Positions 1 to 11,400 of a DNA stretch of 64,000 nucleotides are shown piece by piece. Within the stretch, counting starts at the first letter, position 1, and every line of letters begins with the position of its first letter. A program made the translations under genes and the position numbers. Origin of the DNA: a virus (Duplodnaviria; Caudoviricetes); the IMG/VR virus record IMGVR_UViG_3300005973_000002; one strand, given 5' to 3'. Below the pieces are notes generated by a model that worked only from the letters and a program-made list of their open reading frames with translations, searched no databases and had not been told where the DNA came from.

Positions 1-1412
1 AATAGTGTTGGAAATAGAACTACATCACGGAGAGTGGTTTGGTTAGTCATAATGGCAACAAATCTGTCCACTCCCATTCCCAAGCCTGAACAAGGTGGCA
101 TGCCATATTCCATGCACTCAAGAAAATCTTCCTCAAGCATCATGGCCTCGTCATCGCCGTCCTCACGGGCAGCCATCTGTTCCTCCAACAACTGTCGCTG
201 TAGAACAGCGTCAGTAAGCTCCGTGTAACACTTCACAAGCTCCCAGCCATTGACAATAAACTGCCACTGCTCGACCGTGCGGCCGTCTTCGCTTCGCTGT
301 GCGAGAGGACTCATGTGAGCCGGGTAATCCTTGAGGAAAATCGGCTGAACAAGGTTTGGCCGCACCTTCTCCTTAAACATTTCGTCGATTTCCTTTGCAG
401 AACTCAACGACCAGGGCGAAATTCCAGTATATTGCTCAAATACCGCAGCATAAGACCTTACCGGAGGATCGGTAAAATCAAGCTTGGTCCCCTGATATTC
501 GACAATCATCCTCTTAATAAGAGGAGAAGCGGGATCGTTTGAATATTCATGACCGGCCGCAAAGAAAAGGTAAGACAAAAGCATCTTAAACAACTCAAGG
601 TTGTCCATATAACTCATGTAAGCGCCATACCACTCAACCGAGGTAAACTCCTGCAAGTGGGAAGGATCGACCCCTTCATTGCGAAAGTTCTTTCCGATCT
701 CATACACTCGATCAAAAGAAGCTGCAACAGCACGCTTCAAGTAAGTCTCAGGTGCAATACGAAGATAAAGATCGGCATCCAGTGCATGATGATGCGTCTG
801 AAAAGGACGAGCCTGGGCTCCTGAAGCCCGAGTCTGTAAGATCGGGGTTTCCACTTCCATGAAACCGTAGCGCTCCAGAAACTTACGAAGCTCCGAAACA
901 ATCCGAGAACGGGTCACGAAAACCTGCTTCACATCAGGGTTCATGACAATATCAAGGTAACGCTTACGAAGACGTAGCTCCGGATCAACAATTCCATCAA
1001 CCTTATTTGGGAAGGGATGGATTGGATCACGGAGAACCTTGAAAGCACGGTTTACCAAAACCGTCTTCTCGCCAGTAGTGGAAGTCCACATTTCACCTTC
1101 AATGGTGATAATACTGCCCATCTTTACAGCCTTCATCCACCCCTTGAAGCTTTCGGGGGTTTCACGCTTGTTGAAACAAAACTGAATCTTTCCAGACTGA
1201 TCGACAAGCTTTCCGAAAGCAATGGAGCCAAGTCGTCGAAAATTAACAACCCGACCCGCAAGAGTAACAGCGTGGCCGTCCCTAAGCTCAAGAGCATTGC
1301 TGGCCATCCAAGTTTGGTAGACGCCCTTTTCCACAAACTCCGAAAACTTCGGCTTGCGGACGGTCTCGGCCAACTGTTCAAGAGTACCTTCTTCATTACT
1401 TAGAGTAGACAT
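1..1412 (-). CDS. lysS: Lysyl-tRNA synthetase (class II), running off the window edge near its C-terminus
   Basis: Missed by the ORF track because there is no stop in the window. Manual translation from ATG 1412: OB-fold (TLAGRVVNFRRLGSIAFGKL), RLRKRYLDIVMN, FMEVETPIL, ARPFQTHH, LYLRIAPETYLKR, YEIGKNFRNEG, QEFTSVEWY, MEYGMPPCSGLGMGVDR, RDVVLFP. Confidence 0.96.
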   Translation of the reverse strand, partial: MSTLSNEEGTLEQLAETVRKPKFSEFVEKGVYQTWMASNALELRDGHAVTLAGRVVNFRRLGSIAFGKLVDQSGKIQFCFNKRETPESFKGWMKAVKMGSIITIEGEMWTSTTGEKTVLVNRAFKVLRDPIHPFPNKVDGIVDPELRLRKRYLDIVMNPDVKQVFVTRSRIVSELRKFLERYGFMEVETPILQTRASGAQARPFQTHHHALDADLYLRIAPETYLKRAVAASFDRVYEIGKNFRNEGVDPSHLQEFTSVEWYGAYMSYMDNLELFKMLLSYLFFAAGHEYSNDPASPLIKRMIVEYQGTKLDFTDPPVRSYAAVFEQYTGISPWSLSSAKEIDEMFKEKVRPNLVQPIFLKDYPAHMSPLAQRSEDGRTVEQWQFIVNGWELVKCYTELTDAVLQRQLLEEQMAAREDGDDEAMMLEEDFLECMEYGMPPCSGLGMGVDRFVAIMTNQTTLRDVVLFPTL

Positions 1413-1931
1413 ATCTCTCCCTTTGCTTGGGTTACCTACTCAGCATACCATGGGGAAGTTCTAACCTAAACCGGTTATATAAAATTCAGTGGGGGATGAT
1501 TTTCATGCGATGATTTTCCATCATTGCATCTATTTTAGGCAACAAATCCATTGCTTTCCTGGTCATTTCTTCCAGCGAAAAGTTTTTAATCGGAGTATCC
1601 GTGCAATAAACAAGAAAACTTCTATATTGTTGCAATATTGGGATTGGATTGCCGTCATAAGTTGGTAGTTCAATTGGCTCAAGCTGAGCTTTAGTGGTCC
1701 ACCAATATTGGTTGTCTGGTGTTAAAATTTTAACATGGTTTCGCTTTTCATCTACTACCAAAACCGAGTCAGGAAGTTTGGATTCGTTTACAAAACTTTT
1801 CCTTCCTCTCACATCGTTTCCGTAGACTTGTTTGCCCATTATGGCGAATCTTGGATTGTTGCAAATGCGTTCAGTAAATTTAAAAAAATGCCCAACGTAG
1901 GGTTTAAATTTTAATTCTTTTGGCTTTGCCA

Positions 1932-2420
1932 CTATTTTCCTCCAATTAGGTCAAAAAACTGCTGTTCAGTAATGATATCAACTCCAAGTTTCATAGCCTT
2001 CTTTAACTTTGTTGATTTTTCAGAGTGGGTTGGGCTTCCTACAATCAAATAATCACAATATTTAGAAATGTGAGATTTAAATTTACCGCCCTTAAGCTTG
2101 ATTAGATTTTTGAAATAATCACGAGACACTGAAAGGTCTCCAGTGATTGCAAAAGATTTACCACCGAAATCATTATTAATTTTTATTAAACGGAGGGTGT
2201 CAGTAGTAACGAACGTTGTTTGCTCATCCCAAATTATTTTTACGAATTTATTATCCACCTGCTCTATTATTAGAGCAACAGTACCAGCAGGAATTGTTTC
2301 TCTTCCAGTCCAAAGATCGGGAGATTTGAGCGCATGGGTTTTTTGCGTGGTGATGGCTACCCTACCAACCAGATCAATTGAACCAACTAATCGTCTAAGG
2401 TTTTGATTTTCAATCGTCAT
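1932..2420 (-). CDS. BRCT-domain protein with an N-terminal beta-rich domain
   Basis: The C-terminal GKSFAITGDL...LIKLKGG...ISKYCDYLIVG...KLKKAMKLGVDIITEQQF resembles the BRCT domain of NAD-dependent DNA ligases. Confidence 0.85.
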   Translation of the reverse strand: MTIENQNLRRLVGSIDLVGRVAITTQKTHALKSPDLWTGRETIPAGTVALIIEQVDNKFVKIIWDEQTTFVTTDTLRLIKINNDFGGKSFAITGDLSVSRDYFKNLIKLKGGKFKSHISKYCDYLIVGSPTHSEKSTKLKKAMKLGVDIITEQQFFDLIGGK

Positions 2421-5400
2421 TATTTATTTTTCTTATTGGTAGGGCTTATTTCATCTGCATATTGCCTGAGCAAATAAGCGACTCGCTCTATTTCTTCAGC
2501 ATAATTTGAAAGAGCTTCAAAGTCTTCTTCTTTGCTTTTCATCTCTCCAGCAAGAAAAAGTAATTCCTGGATACACTCTGATATGTTATCCACTTCTTTA
2601 AAGAGGCCGTTCTTGACTTCTTTATGGAGGAAGAATTTTGGAATCCACACAAAGGAACCAGTTGCGAGTGTGACTTTTACTCTAGTGTTGCTTTCATCTG
2701 TAACAAGAACAGCTTCGCCAAAATCTGACAAATCAAGACAAATACGTGTTTTATTTTCATGGAAACAGGGAATATCTTTATGTTGCCGCAATGTAAAAAC
2801 ACGTCCTATGAATGGTTTAAGATAAGGTTCATCTCTCTTCTTAGCAGGCATCCTAAATCCCAAAAAAAGCAATCAACAACGTTTGTTGACCATTGCTTAA
2901 ATATCCTGTGTTTTTACTGACAAAGAGGAAAAATTCTAATGCATCCAAAACCAAAAACTTATTTTCGTCTTAAGTGACAACGATTTACACTTGTCAGCTT
3001 GAATATAGATTCTTCTACCTCCCCAATCCATAAGCCACAATTCAAAGTTGTGATAACAGTGTTTATCGAGCAATGTGAGATATCGACCAACCGGCACGAA
3101 TACGTGGTCATTTGACCCAGAATGCAAAAATCCCCAGGCCCAAGCACCATCATCTTTGACTTGGTGAGTTACAAGTCCCAACTTTACGTGGAACCATACC
3201 CAAATTTTAAATAACCACTGTCGCATTATATTAGTTTTCACGCATATCATATTCGGCATTGTCGCACATGGACACACGTGCCTCAACATCAAAATGTGGG
3301 CTATAAATACGACGTCCACGGTACGTGAATTTTTCACGGACTTCATGCTCCATTGCAACCTTGCAAGCCTTCCAAGCTGTTTCTACGATTTCTGTGATAG
3401 TTGAATATGGCGACAAATACCACTTGCGACAATGCTGTGGGATGGGACCAGCCTCAGGATTCTCAACATCGATGTCCATGAAAACCCATTGAAGAAGAAA
3501 CCCGTCCCCCTTTTCCATGAGACGAAGCTCCCAACCCATAAATTGGATATTCTTTAAGATTATCTGAACTTCGTCAATACTCTTTCGTCGTTGAACTATG
3601 CTTGCCTCAAAAAATTTCGCTATAATGGTTGATAATGCTAGCGCCACGCTTGGCAAAATATTGCCGAATTTTAATATAAACCTCAGCGAGGTTATCATTG
3701 GTTGAGTTTAGTCCACCTCTCGAATCCAACCCATCGCTGATTTCAACCCACTCAACCGTAGAATCGTCAGGGTTTGGGATGCATTCTTCAGTGGAATAAA
3801 ATCCAGAAACATAAAGCCTGTCTGAACAGCCCACAACATGAACAATAACCTCTGTCGTGTCATAATCACCACCGGGTTGGGTAGAAGCAACCTTTTTGAC
3901 CTTGCTGATCTTGCTAAGCTCGTCGATAACCTCACTTGTCTTCCAGTAATACACAGTATCTCCTAAGGTATTCTTTAGTTAAGATCCTATTCTTAACAAG
4001 AAAATGCTCAAAATTTAAAGCAGAAGTAAAATAAACACCGTCATTGTAAATGACTCGTACCCAATTTGTAGCACCTAATTCAGATGCGCCAAGGTACATT
4101 ACCCAAGGCTGTCCTTCTATGGTTATGACGTTCGTAAATTTGCTTCTGATCTCACCTAACTTGCCAGGCGATGGTTCTTTAACCAAGGTAAACAATCTAC
4201 CTTGACCCATGTCGCCGAAGTGGCCGGTCATCTGATACAACTTTCCAGGCTTTAGGACATTGGTAATTTCACCAATAACAAAATCATCAATTTTACCAGA
4301 TGAGTGACTCACAGTAATTTACTCACACCAACTTGATGTCATAGATAGACAACTTTCCACCAGCAATTGGGATATCAATCAATTCAGTCTTGTCGGTCTT
4401 AATTCCAAGTGGCAAACGTTCATCTTTATCGGTTGGGATGTGGATTTTATCCTCAAGTGGGTGTTTGGTAACAATCATGGTTTTGTCTCTAGAACCTTGC
4501 ATGTCGTATCCGGCAAACATGCCAAACACATAATAGAAAGGATTCGGCACTGTAACTTTGTATCGAGAATCGTTTTCCCGAGCTTCCTTCCATGAATCGG
4601 CCACGAGCGATTCAAAGAAGTATTTTGGCATATAACGATATAGTCTCTGCCCATTCCATCCGGGACCGACGGGACCACTTGTTACTGTGTGCGGAAACCC
4701 AGGATTGTAACTAGGATCCATTTTCTGGACTTCCTTGAGTTTACGAACCTGCAAAGGCCCCTCGTAGGACAGTTCAGGATCTTCATGTTCAAACTTTACC
4801 CAATACTTCTGACCATAACCATTACGACGCTTAATCATAGCAAGCGTTGCGGGTTCACTGTGATCTTCCTGAGCTTCCGCAGAAATTGAAGTATCGTTGA
4901 CCACAGTGAAGTTTGCATAGTTGAAATCAGCAAGCTTTACCCAGAAACGTCCATAATTGTTTCTGTTTCCTTTGGCTTTAACCAAAGCTTGATCTGTAGT
5001 TTCGATAATTTTGAGCGTTACACTCGAAAATTCCTTAAGGCCCTTTCGAACATAAATGCGATCGACTTCAAGTTTTGTTCCAGCTGGAAGTGTTCTCGAA
5101 TAGGAATCAAGCTCGTTTTGCCAGCTATAACTGGTATTTCGACCATCGGCAAGTGCGACATCACTGTTGCGATGTTCAAGATAAAGCTCGAACGTCCAGT
5201 CTTTTTCGACTTTAAGCTCAGAGCCAAGTTCGGGAATAAATGCCTTCATGTCAAGACTCCAGGTATTTCTCTAGTTCAACCAGAACCTTGTTGGCAATTT
5301 CTTCTGCTGAATCATCTTCAACTTCATCAGCCAACGTAAGCTCATAGAAAACATCATCCCCTCCATGATCAAGGGTGATGTTATACTTTTCCTCAAGAGA

Positions 5401-5588
5401 GGAAACCAGCTTGCCAAATTCTTCTGCGAAGAAGATGTTTTCAGGATGATATTGGTTGCTCACAAGCGACCTTTCCTCGATATCATTCTCATCTTCTTCA
5501 GCAAAAGGATTCCATTCGGTCCACAGGACTCGTAGTTTTAGGTTGTGGGTCTGCATCTTATTCTCCCAATACAATTTTGTCGAACGCT

Positions 5589-6326
5589 TTACTCTTTTTT
5601 GAGGTTGAAGTTGTAGACACAACAGTCAAGTCCAATGGCAACTTCGAGCACCAACAGATCTTTTTCTACAACTTTGTTTTTTGCCTGAAACTTTGCCCTG
5701 ATAGGAAAATCAGTTCGCAGAGAAATCGAACAGACCTCCATCCACTTGTCGCCATTATCAACCTCAACATCCATTGTTTTTTGGCTGTAAGATGGAAGAC
5801 GGTCAGAAACAACAATTCTAGTTGGCAAATGAACCATTTCTGCAATCATTTTTCGAACAGGTTCTAGCACTGCCGAATGATAGTCATTTAGTGTATCTGC
5901 TGTAAAAATGCACTGAAATTCCTGCTGATAAAACTCTTTCAGCCGCATGTTTTTGGTAACCTGGTCCTGTTCCCGTCGAAAACTTTTACCGGTCTGCCAA
6001 ACCACAAAAGGTGGGCGAGTTGGCTTTGAAAGTCCCCGGAGTAGATGGGCTGCGTATGCATACGAACCAGGCGTGGTTTCAGGTCGTAGAACGAGTCCAG
6101 GATTTTCCCCTTCTTGAAACCAAACATCCTCACGTGTATAGTTTGGGTTAATCAGAGTTTCAGGAGTAAGGATGGGAGTTTCAACCTGAAAAAAAGCCCA
6201 GGCCGGATTCATTTCGAGCAATGCCGTCTTTAGTTCAGCCAAAAAGTGTTGCTCAAACACTCTTCGTAGTCTGATTTCACGTTCAGACCAGAAAATAAGA
6301 CCGTTGCTGTTGTACAGGCTATCCAT
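5589..6326 (-). CDS. Stand-alone class II aaRS catalytic core, GlyRS(alpha2)-like, with no anticodon-binding domain
   Basis: Motif 1 region QVETPILTP, LRPETT, motif 2 GKSFRRE, RLKEFYQQEFQ, RLPSYS, WMEVCSISLRTDF. Motif 3 reads GLDC instead of GLDR. Only 245 aa. Confidence 0.8.
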   Translation of the reverse strand: MDSLYNSNGLIFWSEREIRLRRVFEQHFLAELKTALLEMNPAWAFFQVETPILTPETLINPNYTREDVWFQEGENPGLVLRPETTPGSYAYAAHLLRGLSKPTRPPFVVWQTGKSFRREQDQVTKNMRLKEFYQQEFQCIFTADTLNDYHSAVLEPVRKMIAEMVHLPTRIVVSDRLPSYSQKTMDVEVDNGDKWMEVCSISLRTDFPIRAKFQAKNKVVEKDLLVLEVAIGLDCCVYNFNLKKE

Positions 6327-6375
6327 TGACTAGAGAGTATCATCACTTCGTCGAAATGAGAACCACTTTACAATA

Positions 6376-6595
6376 TTAGAGGTTTCTTAAAGCTTCGGGC
6401 ACACACTGCATACCACGGGTGACCCATTGTTCGATTTCTGGACTTCCAAATTCAAAGCAGCCTTCCCAGCGGGTCTGAATCCAAGCTCTAAAAGAAGCAA
6501 TGCTTTCTTTAGCTGGGTCGCCTTTTCAGGTACCTTGCACACTCCGAACAGAACCCAAAACCAAACCATCGTCCGAACAATAGAAATTCGAACAT
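6376..6595 (-). CDS. Hypothetical 72-aa protein interrupted by a +1 homopolymer frameshift
   Basis: An SD (GAAGGA) precedes ATG 6595. Removing one base from the run at 6523-6526 gives a continuous ORF MFEFLLFGRW...YLKGDPAKES...EALRNL; the span is 220 nt = 3n+1. Confidence 0.5.
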
Positions 6596-6609
6596 TATTC
6601 CTTCTTCAC

Positions 6610-6637
6610 AAAAAAAGGACGCCGAAGCGTCCTTTTT
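6610..6637 (-). terminator. Rho-independent terminator after the RNA ligase
   Basis: GGACGC-TTCG-GCGTCC followed by a T-run on the minus strand, with an A/T run on both flanks. Confidence 0.9.
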
Positions 6638-7365
6638 CAGTTGTATTCTGTTCCGCCCTTACGGGTGAGGTAATCACCGCTAACAGACTTTAGCTGAACA
6701 CGGCCAATTTCTTCGCTCCAGCGTTCTACCGTAGGTCGAACAACAACACCCTCACGGATATGCATTTCCTTACCGGAAATAGTCTCGAAGCCGTCAGTGT
6801 ACTCGTACAAAACCTTCTTCGAGAAGGGCCCACGGTAAAGCACCGGAACACGCTGAAGACCAAGTCTCTTGCAAGCCGCATCAAGCTCAGAGTCGTTCAA
6901 ATAACTGCCAGACCCTGGACGTCCAACATAAATATCAAATACTCTAAAACCGATCTCGACGTCCTTGTCGGCAGAACTGCCATAAGAAAGGTCCTGAACA
7001 CCACGTCCAAAAATCTCTCCAAGAACGTAAACCGGCTGTGGATCGAAATCGTGTTTTAGCTGATGACCAAAAGCAAATGAAATACGGTTGTCCATGTTGT
7101 AGTGTCGAGCGACACGCACGTATAGATTCGTCTTGTTGGCTTCGGCATCATACTTCATCGCCAGTCCACGAGCCGAAAGACCCTTGGATGAGATAATGAG
7201 ACGGCCCTCCTCGGGATGGGCATCCCTCGGCGGCATAAGGCCAATCATACACCAGGTGTTATGAACAACAATGCCTTCAGCAATATAGTTGTTGTTGCCA
7301 CCATCAATCTCTAAATCATAGAGATCACTATCACTTTCAACATACTCAATCTTAACACAGCGCAT
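6637..7365 (-). CDS. RNA ligase C-terminal part preceded by a 36-aa C-intein
   Basis: MRCVKIEY...YDLEIDGGNNNYIAEGIVVHN, then T as extein +1 (intein part 7258-7365). Ligase motifs follow: VLGEIFG, FRVFDIY, REGVVVRP, QLKSVS. Confidence 0.88.
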   Translation of the reverse strand: MRCVKIEYVESDSDLYDLEIDGGNNNYIAEGIVVHNTWCMIGLMPPRDAHPEEGRLIISSKGLSARGLAMKYDAEANKTNLYVRVARHYNMDNRISFAFGHQLKHDFDPQPVYVLGEIFGRGVQDLSYGSSADKDVEIGFRVFDIYVGRPGSGSYLNDSELDAACKRLGLQRVPVLYRGPFSKKVLYEYTDGFETISGKEMHIREGVVVRPTVERWSEEIGRVQLKSVSGDYLTRKGGTEYN

Positions 7366-7651
7366 TTTTTACTCTTTCTATCGTTTTTTCTTTTTGATTG
7401 TTCCAATCACTTTCCCAAACAATTAGAACTTTGTACCCTCTTTTGAGCAAGGCGGCGGTGCGCCTTTTATCTCTTTTCCATTGTTGCCCAACAGTCCTGG
7501 AAATCCAAGAGCAATATTCGCTTGGGTCGTGAAATTTTGTTGGATTACAATGGAACATATCTCCATAGAATTCCAAGATAACTTTCTCACTTTTCAACAA
7601 GCCGTCTACGATAAACCCTGATATAATTTCTTCACGATTTGACGCCTGCAT
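7352..7651 (-). CDS. Vsr/DUF559-like (EDxHD-type) endonuclease ORF between the intein halves
   Basis: FIVDG...VILEFYGDMFH...RDKRRTAALLKRGYKVLIVWESDW. Confidence 0.8.
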   Translation of the reverse strand: MQASNREEIISGFIVDGLLKSEKVILEFYGDMFHCNPTKFHDPSEYCSWISRTVGQQWKRDKRRTAALLKRGYKVLIVWESDWNNQKEKTIERVKNALC

Positions 7652-7659
7652 GGGACTTG

Positions 7660-8454
7660 CTACATGATTGGACTTTCAATATCTTCATCAGGCAAAAGTT
7701 TGCCAGCTTCCACCCACATTTGTCGGTCACGTGAATAAACGGGGTGATCCTCGGTTAAGGTGAGAGTAGAACCGTTTTCTAAGGTAAGCTTTACCCATTT
7801 TTTATCTTCACTGTTTAGCCGACGCATGCGACCAGTAATAGGTCGCTCAATATATTCCTTGCTTTGTTCATTATAAGATAAAACCGACTGAATTGTTTTA
7901 TCAGCCACTACTTCTGCGATAGACCGCTCGCTTCCATCTACAAGTCGGACCATACTTGCTTCATGCAAGCATCCATGAAGTTTCTCAGTGAAAACAACCT
8001 CTTCACCTTCCTCAAGAATGTGAGGAAAACGCTTAAAATTTTCGATATCGTACTTCAAGGTACGGTCCTGACCAGCAGCGAACACCTCACCGGAAAGATG
8101 GGCCGGAATTGGAGGCTCCCACTTGGTAATTCCAAGAATATTAGCAACATCAGCACCCTCTTGCCACTCAGGACGTGCAGGATACACAAGTCCCTGTGAA
8201 AGGATGCCACGAAGACGAATGGCCTTTACACGATTCTTTGCCTTTCCGGCAAGCTTACCCTCAAGACCCATTTCACGGAGGAGAGCCTGAGGAACGACAG
8301 CCTGTTCTGGAATGTAGGCAACGAGATCACCGCTCTTAAACTGGTCCTTGCGGACAATTGCTTGGTAATCGCCCACCTGGGCGAGTTCTAAAGCATCAGC
8401 ATTGGGGTGTTCAAGAACAGTAATCCGTTCGACAGTTACAGAAAAAGTTGACAT
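7660..8454 (-). CDS. RNA ligase (DRB0094/Rnl5-like) N-terminal part fused to a 103-aa N-intein
   Basis: The N-terminal OB-like domain (HPNADALELAQVG, IRLRGILSQGL) and motif I TEKLHG are followed by intein blocks CLHEAS (C1 codon 7969-7971) and LTLTEDHPVY; it ends at TAG. Confidence 0.9.
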   Translation of the reverse strand: MSTFSVTVERITVLEHPNADALELAQVGDYQAIVRKDQFKSGDLVAYIPEQAVVPQALLREMGLEGKLAGKAKNRVKAIRLRGILSQGLVYPARPEWQEGADVANILGITKWEPPIPAHLSGEVFAAGQDRTLKYDIENFKRFPHILEEGEEVVFTEKLHGCLHEASMVRLVDGSERSIAEVVADKTIQSVLSYNEQSKEYIERPITGRMRRLNSEDKKWVKLTLENGSTLTLTEDHPVYSRDRQMWVEAGKLLPDEDIESPIM

Positions 8455-11400
8455 AAATTCCTCTAATGAGTTGGTTAAGAACCATTAATCACTAAGAAGT
8501 TATTGACTTAACTTTTCGATTACGAAAACGCCTAAAAATATGAACCCGATGTAACCCCCGACTGACAGAATTATCAGCGGGAACATCCGCAACACCAGGA
8601 GAAACAGAGCTATATAACATATAGCACATGCCACCAAGGATGTAAACACGAAAAGGGTACTTGGTGAATATTTCCTCACGTGTCCCGCCGGGACACATTT
8701 CTGCCCCTCATTTAATAACTAGTTTCTAAAAACTTTGCGTACAAAAAGTCTCTTTTGAATTTTCGGTCAAAAAATATTCATGCCAATAAGCTTCGCCATT
8801 TTCATTAACAAAAGGAGTTACATCAAGCAATTTACGACCAAGCGTGTCAACAAAATAAAGCTTCTCACCAAGCAGTATCAGCCATGGGTTGTGTAAATCA
8901 TAGTAATTTATTGCTCGAAAATCTTCACTAGAAGGCTTGAGGTTGATGACCATGAAAAGCGTGTTGGAAAGTACCTTTTTTCCAACTTCATCTCTGTTGC
9001 ACGCCACTGGATATACCGTAGCAGTATTGCAGAACCTGAACAATTTCCCAGGTTTCATGATTACCCCATCAAAACTTACAAAAGATCGTCGTCATCATCA
9101 TCTAATGACTCTTCCGATTCAACGTTGACAGTGAGCCCCATATCTTCCAAATCAGAAATGAGCTGCTCTAAGTTTTCTTCATACTCGCCATCATCCATTT
9201 CATCATAATTGATTTCAGTTTGAACCATAAGCGACACTAGCATCTTTTTCATGAGTTTCTCCAAAGTTAAACAAATCTAAGAAATTGGTTATCAAGACTT
9301 GATATTGTACATTTGTTCGTATTTTTGTTTTTGTTCTTTGGTCATATCCTGGTATCTACGAACTGTCTTACCCCTGATGAACTTTCCATGATTTTCATTC
9401 CATCGAATGGAAGGCTCGTCGAAGGACCCAACGTAATACAACTTCTCAGACTCATCAAACTTAAACATAGTCTGATCAGAATTAAAACGACCAAAAATTT
9501 TAACAATTTTTATTTTCTTGTTTCCTTTTTGATGCTTGGTCTTGAATTTGATGCCAGCTCGCTTGAGCATTTCAGTGAATTGTTTAAAATCAGTCATGCT
9601 TAAAAAACAAAGTTAAGTGCTATAAATTTGGCTTGATCACCGAACCAAATAACTGGATGTTTGCCGTCTTTGATTGGCCAAGGAGTATTGTTTAGGTGTG
9701 TTCTAATCAGATCAAGTTCGGAACCATTGGCAACAACCATAATCTGCTCTGCATTCAGAATAAATTGCCCAGGGCCCGGTTCTTCCTTTTGTTTTTCAGT
9801 CTTTTTTGATTTAAGGATGTCAGCTCTAAATGGATTTTCTTCTCCCGCTTCCCAGGAGAAGGTAACGGCCTGATTAATTTCGTCTGTGGACATCTTTCTA
9901 TGAAAGCGTTTAAGTCTAAGTGCCGAATTAGGCCAAATTTGAACGGTGATGGTCATTAGCCCTTACCTTTGTTAGATGGCGACAATGCCAACAAACGAAA
10001 TTTTCTCATGTCTTTTCTGATTTTTTTAATCAATTTTTGAGTTCTCTTAGAAGGAGACTTGGTAAGAAATCCTCTGCCCCGAAACTTATCATAGTCTGGC
10101 AATCTGGTAAACTGTGTTGCAGTAATGTCAACCACTTCACCAGTTTTACGATGTTTTAAAAGCCAATGTATATCACCCTCATGTCTAAGAGTTCCAGGCT
10201 TCCACTCTGAACTATTGTTACAAAGATGATAAAAAGCTTCAGAAGCAACATAGCAGTGACCTTTCAGTTGATTTGATTCGCCTCTGTATTTGGGCTTTCT
10301 CAAATCATCTGAAAGGTTCTTTTTAATAAGCCTGATTATTGTTTCGTTTTTCACTTCTTTTTTGGAAAGAATTTGCTAAGTCGTCGCATCGTGCTTGCAA
10401 GTTGGCGCATTCTTCGACGACTATCATCATACCATTCACGATCCAGTCGCTCACGTTGGCCCATCTGCTTTACAACCTCATTGAGGAAATCGATTGTGTT
10501 GTGTACGTCTGTAGAAATGTCAATCCACTCTTGAGTAAACTGAACCTCTTTAGCAGTTTTTCGTTCTTTACGTCTCCTTTTCTCTATATCTTTAACAGTG
10601 ACACCCAGCTCTTCGGCCAATTCTTTCTTGCACCTATTGGCCCGCCTTCGCTGAATTTTCAGCAAGTTTTTGCGGTACCATTCAAGACAAAGTTGAAATT
10701 CATTTATTTGTTCAATATTCTCAAAATTAGTATATATTTGCTCGACCCTCGGTATAGAACGGCCATAAACTTTGTTGAGAATGTCTTCAGGAATTTCAGG
10801 GGGAGAACGCAACTGACGAATTTTTCGATTTGCGGGAGTGTCTGCAAGGTCGTTGGTGATTTCCAAATCAGGAAAATCCTCTTTCATCACTGACAAAACA
10901 TGGCGCTTATTAAAACTCCAAAGATTCAACTTTTCGTCAAACCCCCATTTCTGGGAAAAAACCATCCATTCATCTGGCGGATCATCCACATGGCGAATTA
11001 ATCGCCACGGACGTTCTTTGAGCTTTTTTCCAAAGCCTTGCCTGTGAGTTTCAGTCGGATGAAGCTTTAAAACGAAATCACCAACCCGCCGTTCAATATG
11101 TTTTCGATCTGGCCAAGGCGACCAAGGAAGTTCACCAAATTCAGGTCTTGGATTGAGTCTGCAATCTAGGTCATCAAGATTATATGGAATGTGAAATGCA
11201 AAAGTTCTTCCCTCACGGAAGTGAGGCACTTCTACCAATTCTTCTTTGTAGTGTGACACATATCCCCCTAGAGGTTAGGGTTTATTGCTTAGGTTTCGGA
11301 CAAAGTATAGCATGAACCTGATCGCCTTCGAACCCATTGGGCAATTTATCAACATCGTTCTTATCTTCGAGATATATTTCCCAGCAAAATACACCATTTG

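Noticed and set aside
1133-1396. ORF-track protein MKKVLLNSW and the plus-strand ORFs at 34-1403
   Set aside because: These are off-frame or antisense shadows of lysS.
1932-2420. NAD-dependent DNA ligase
   Set aside because: Only a BRCT domain is present; there is no adenylation or OB domain in or next to this ORF.
6376-6595. Selenoprotein via in-frame TGA
   Set aside because: That frame has no start codon; a single-base homopolymer correction explains the ORF better.
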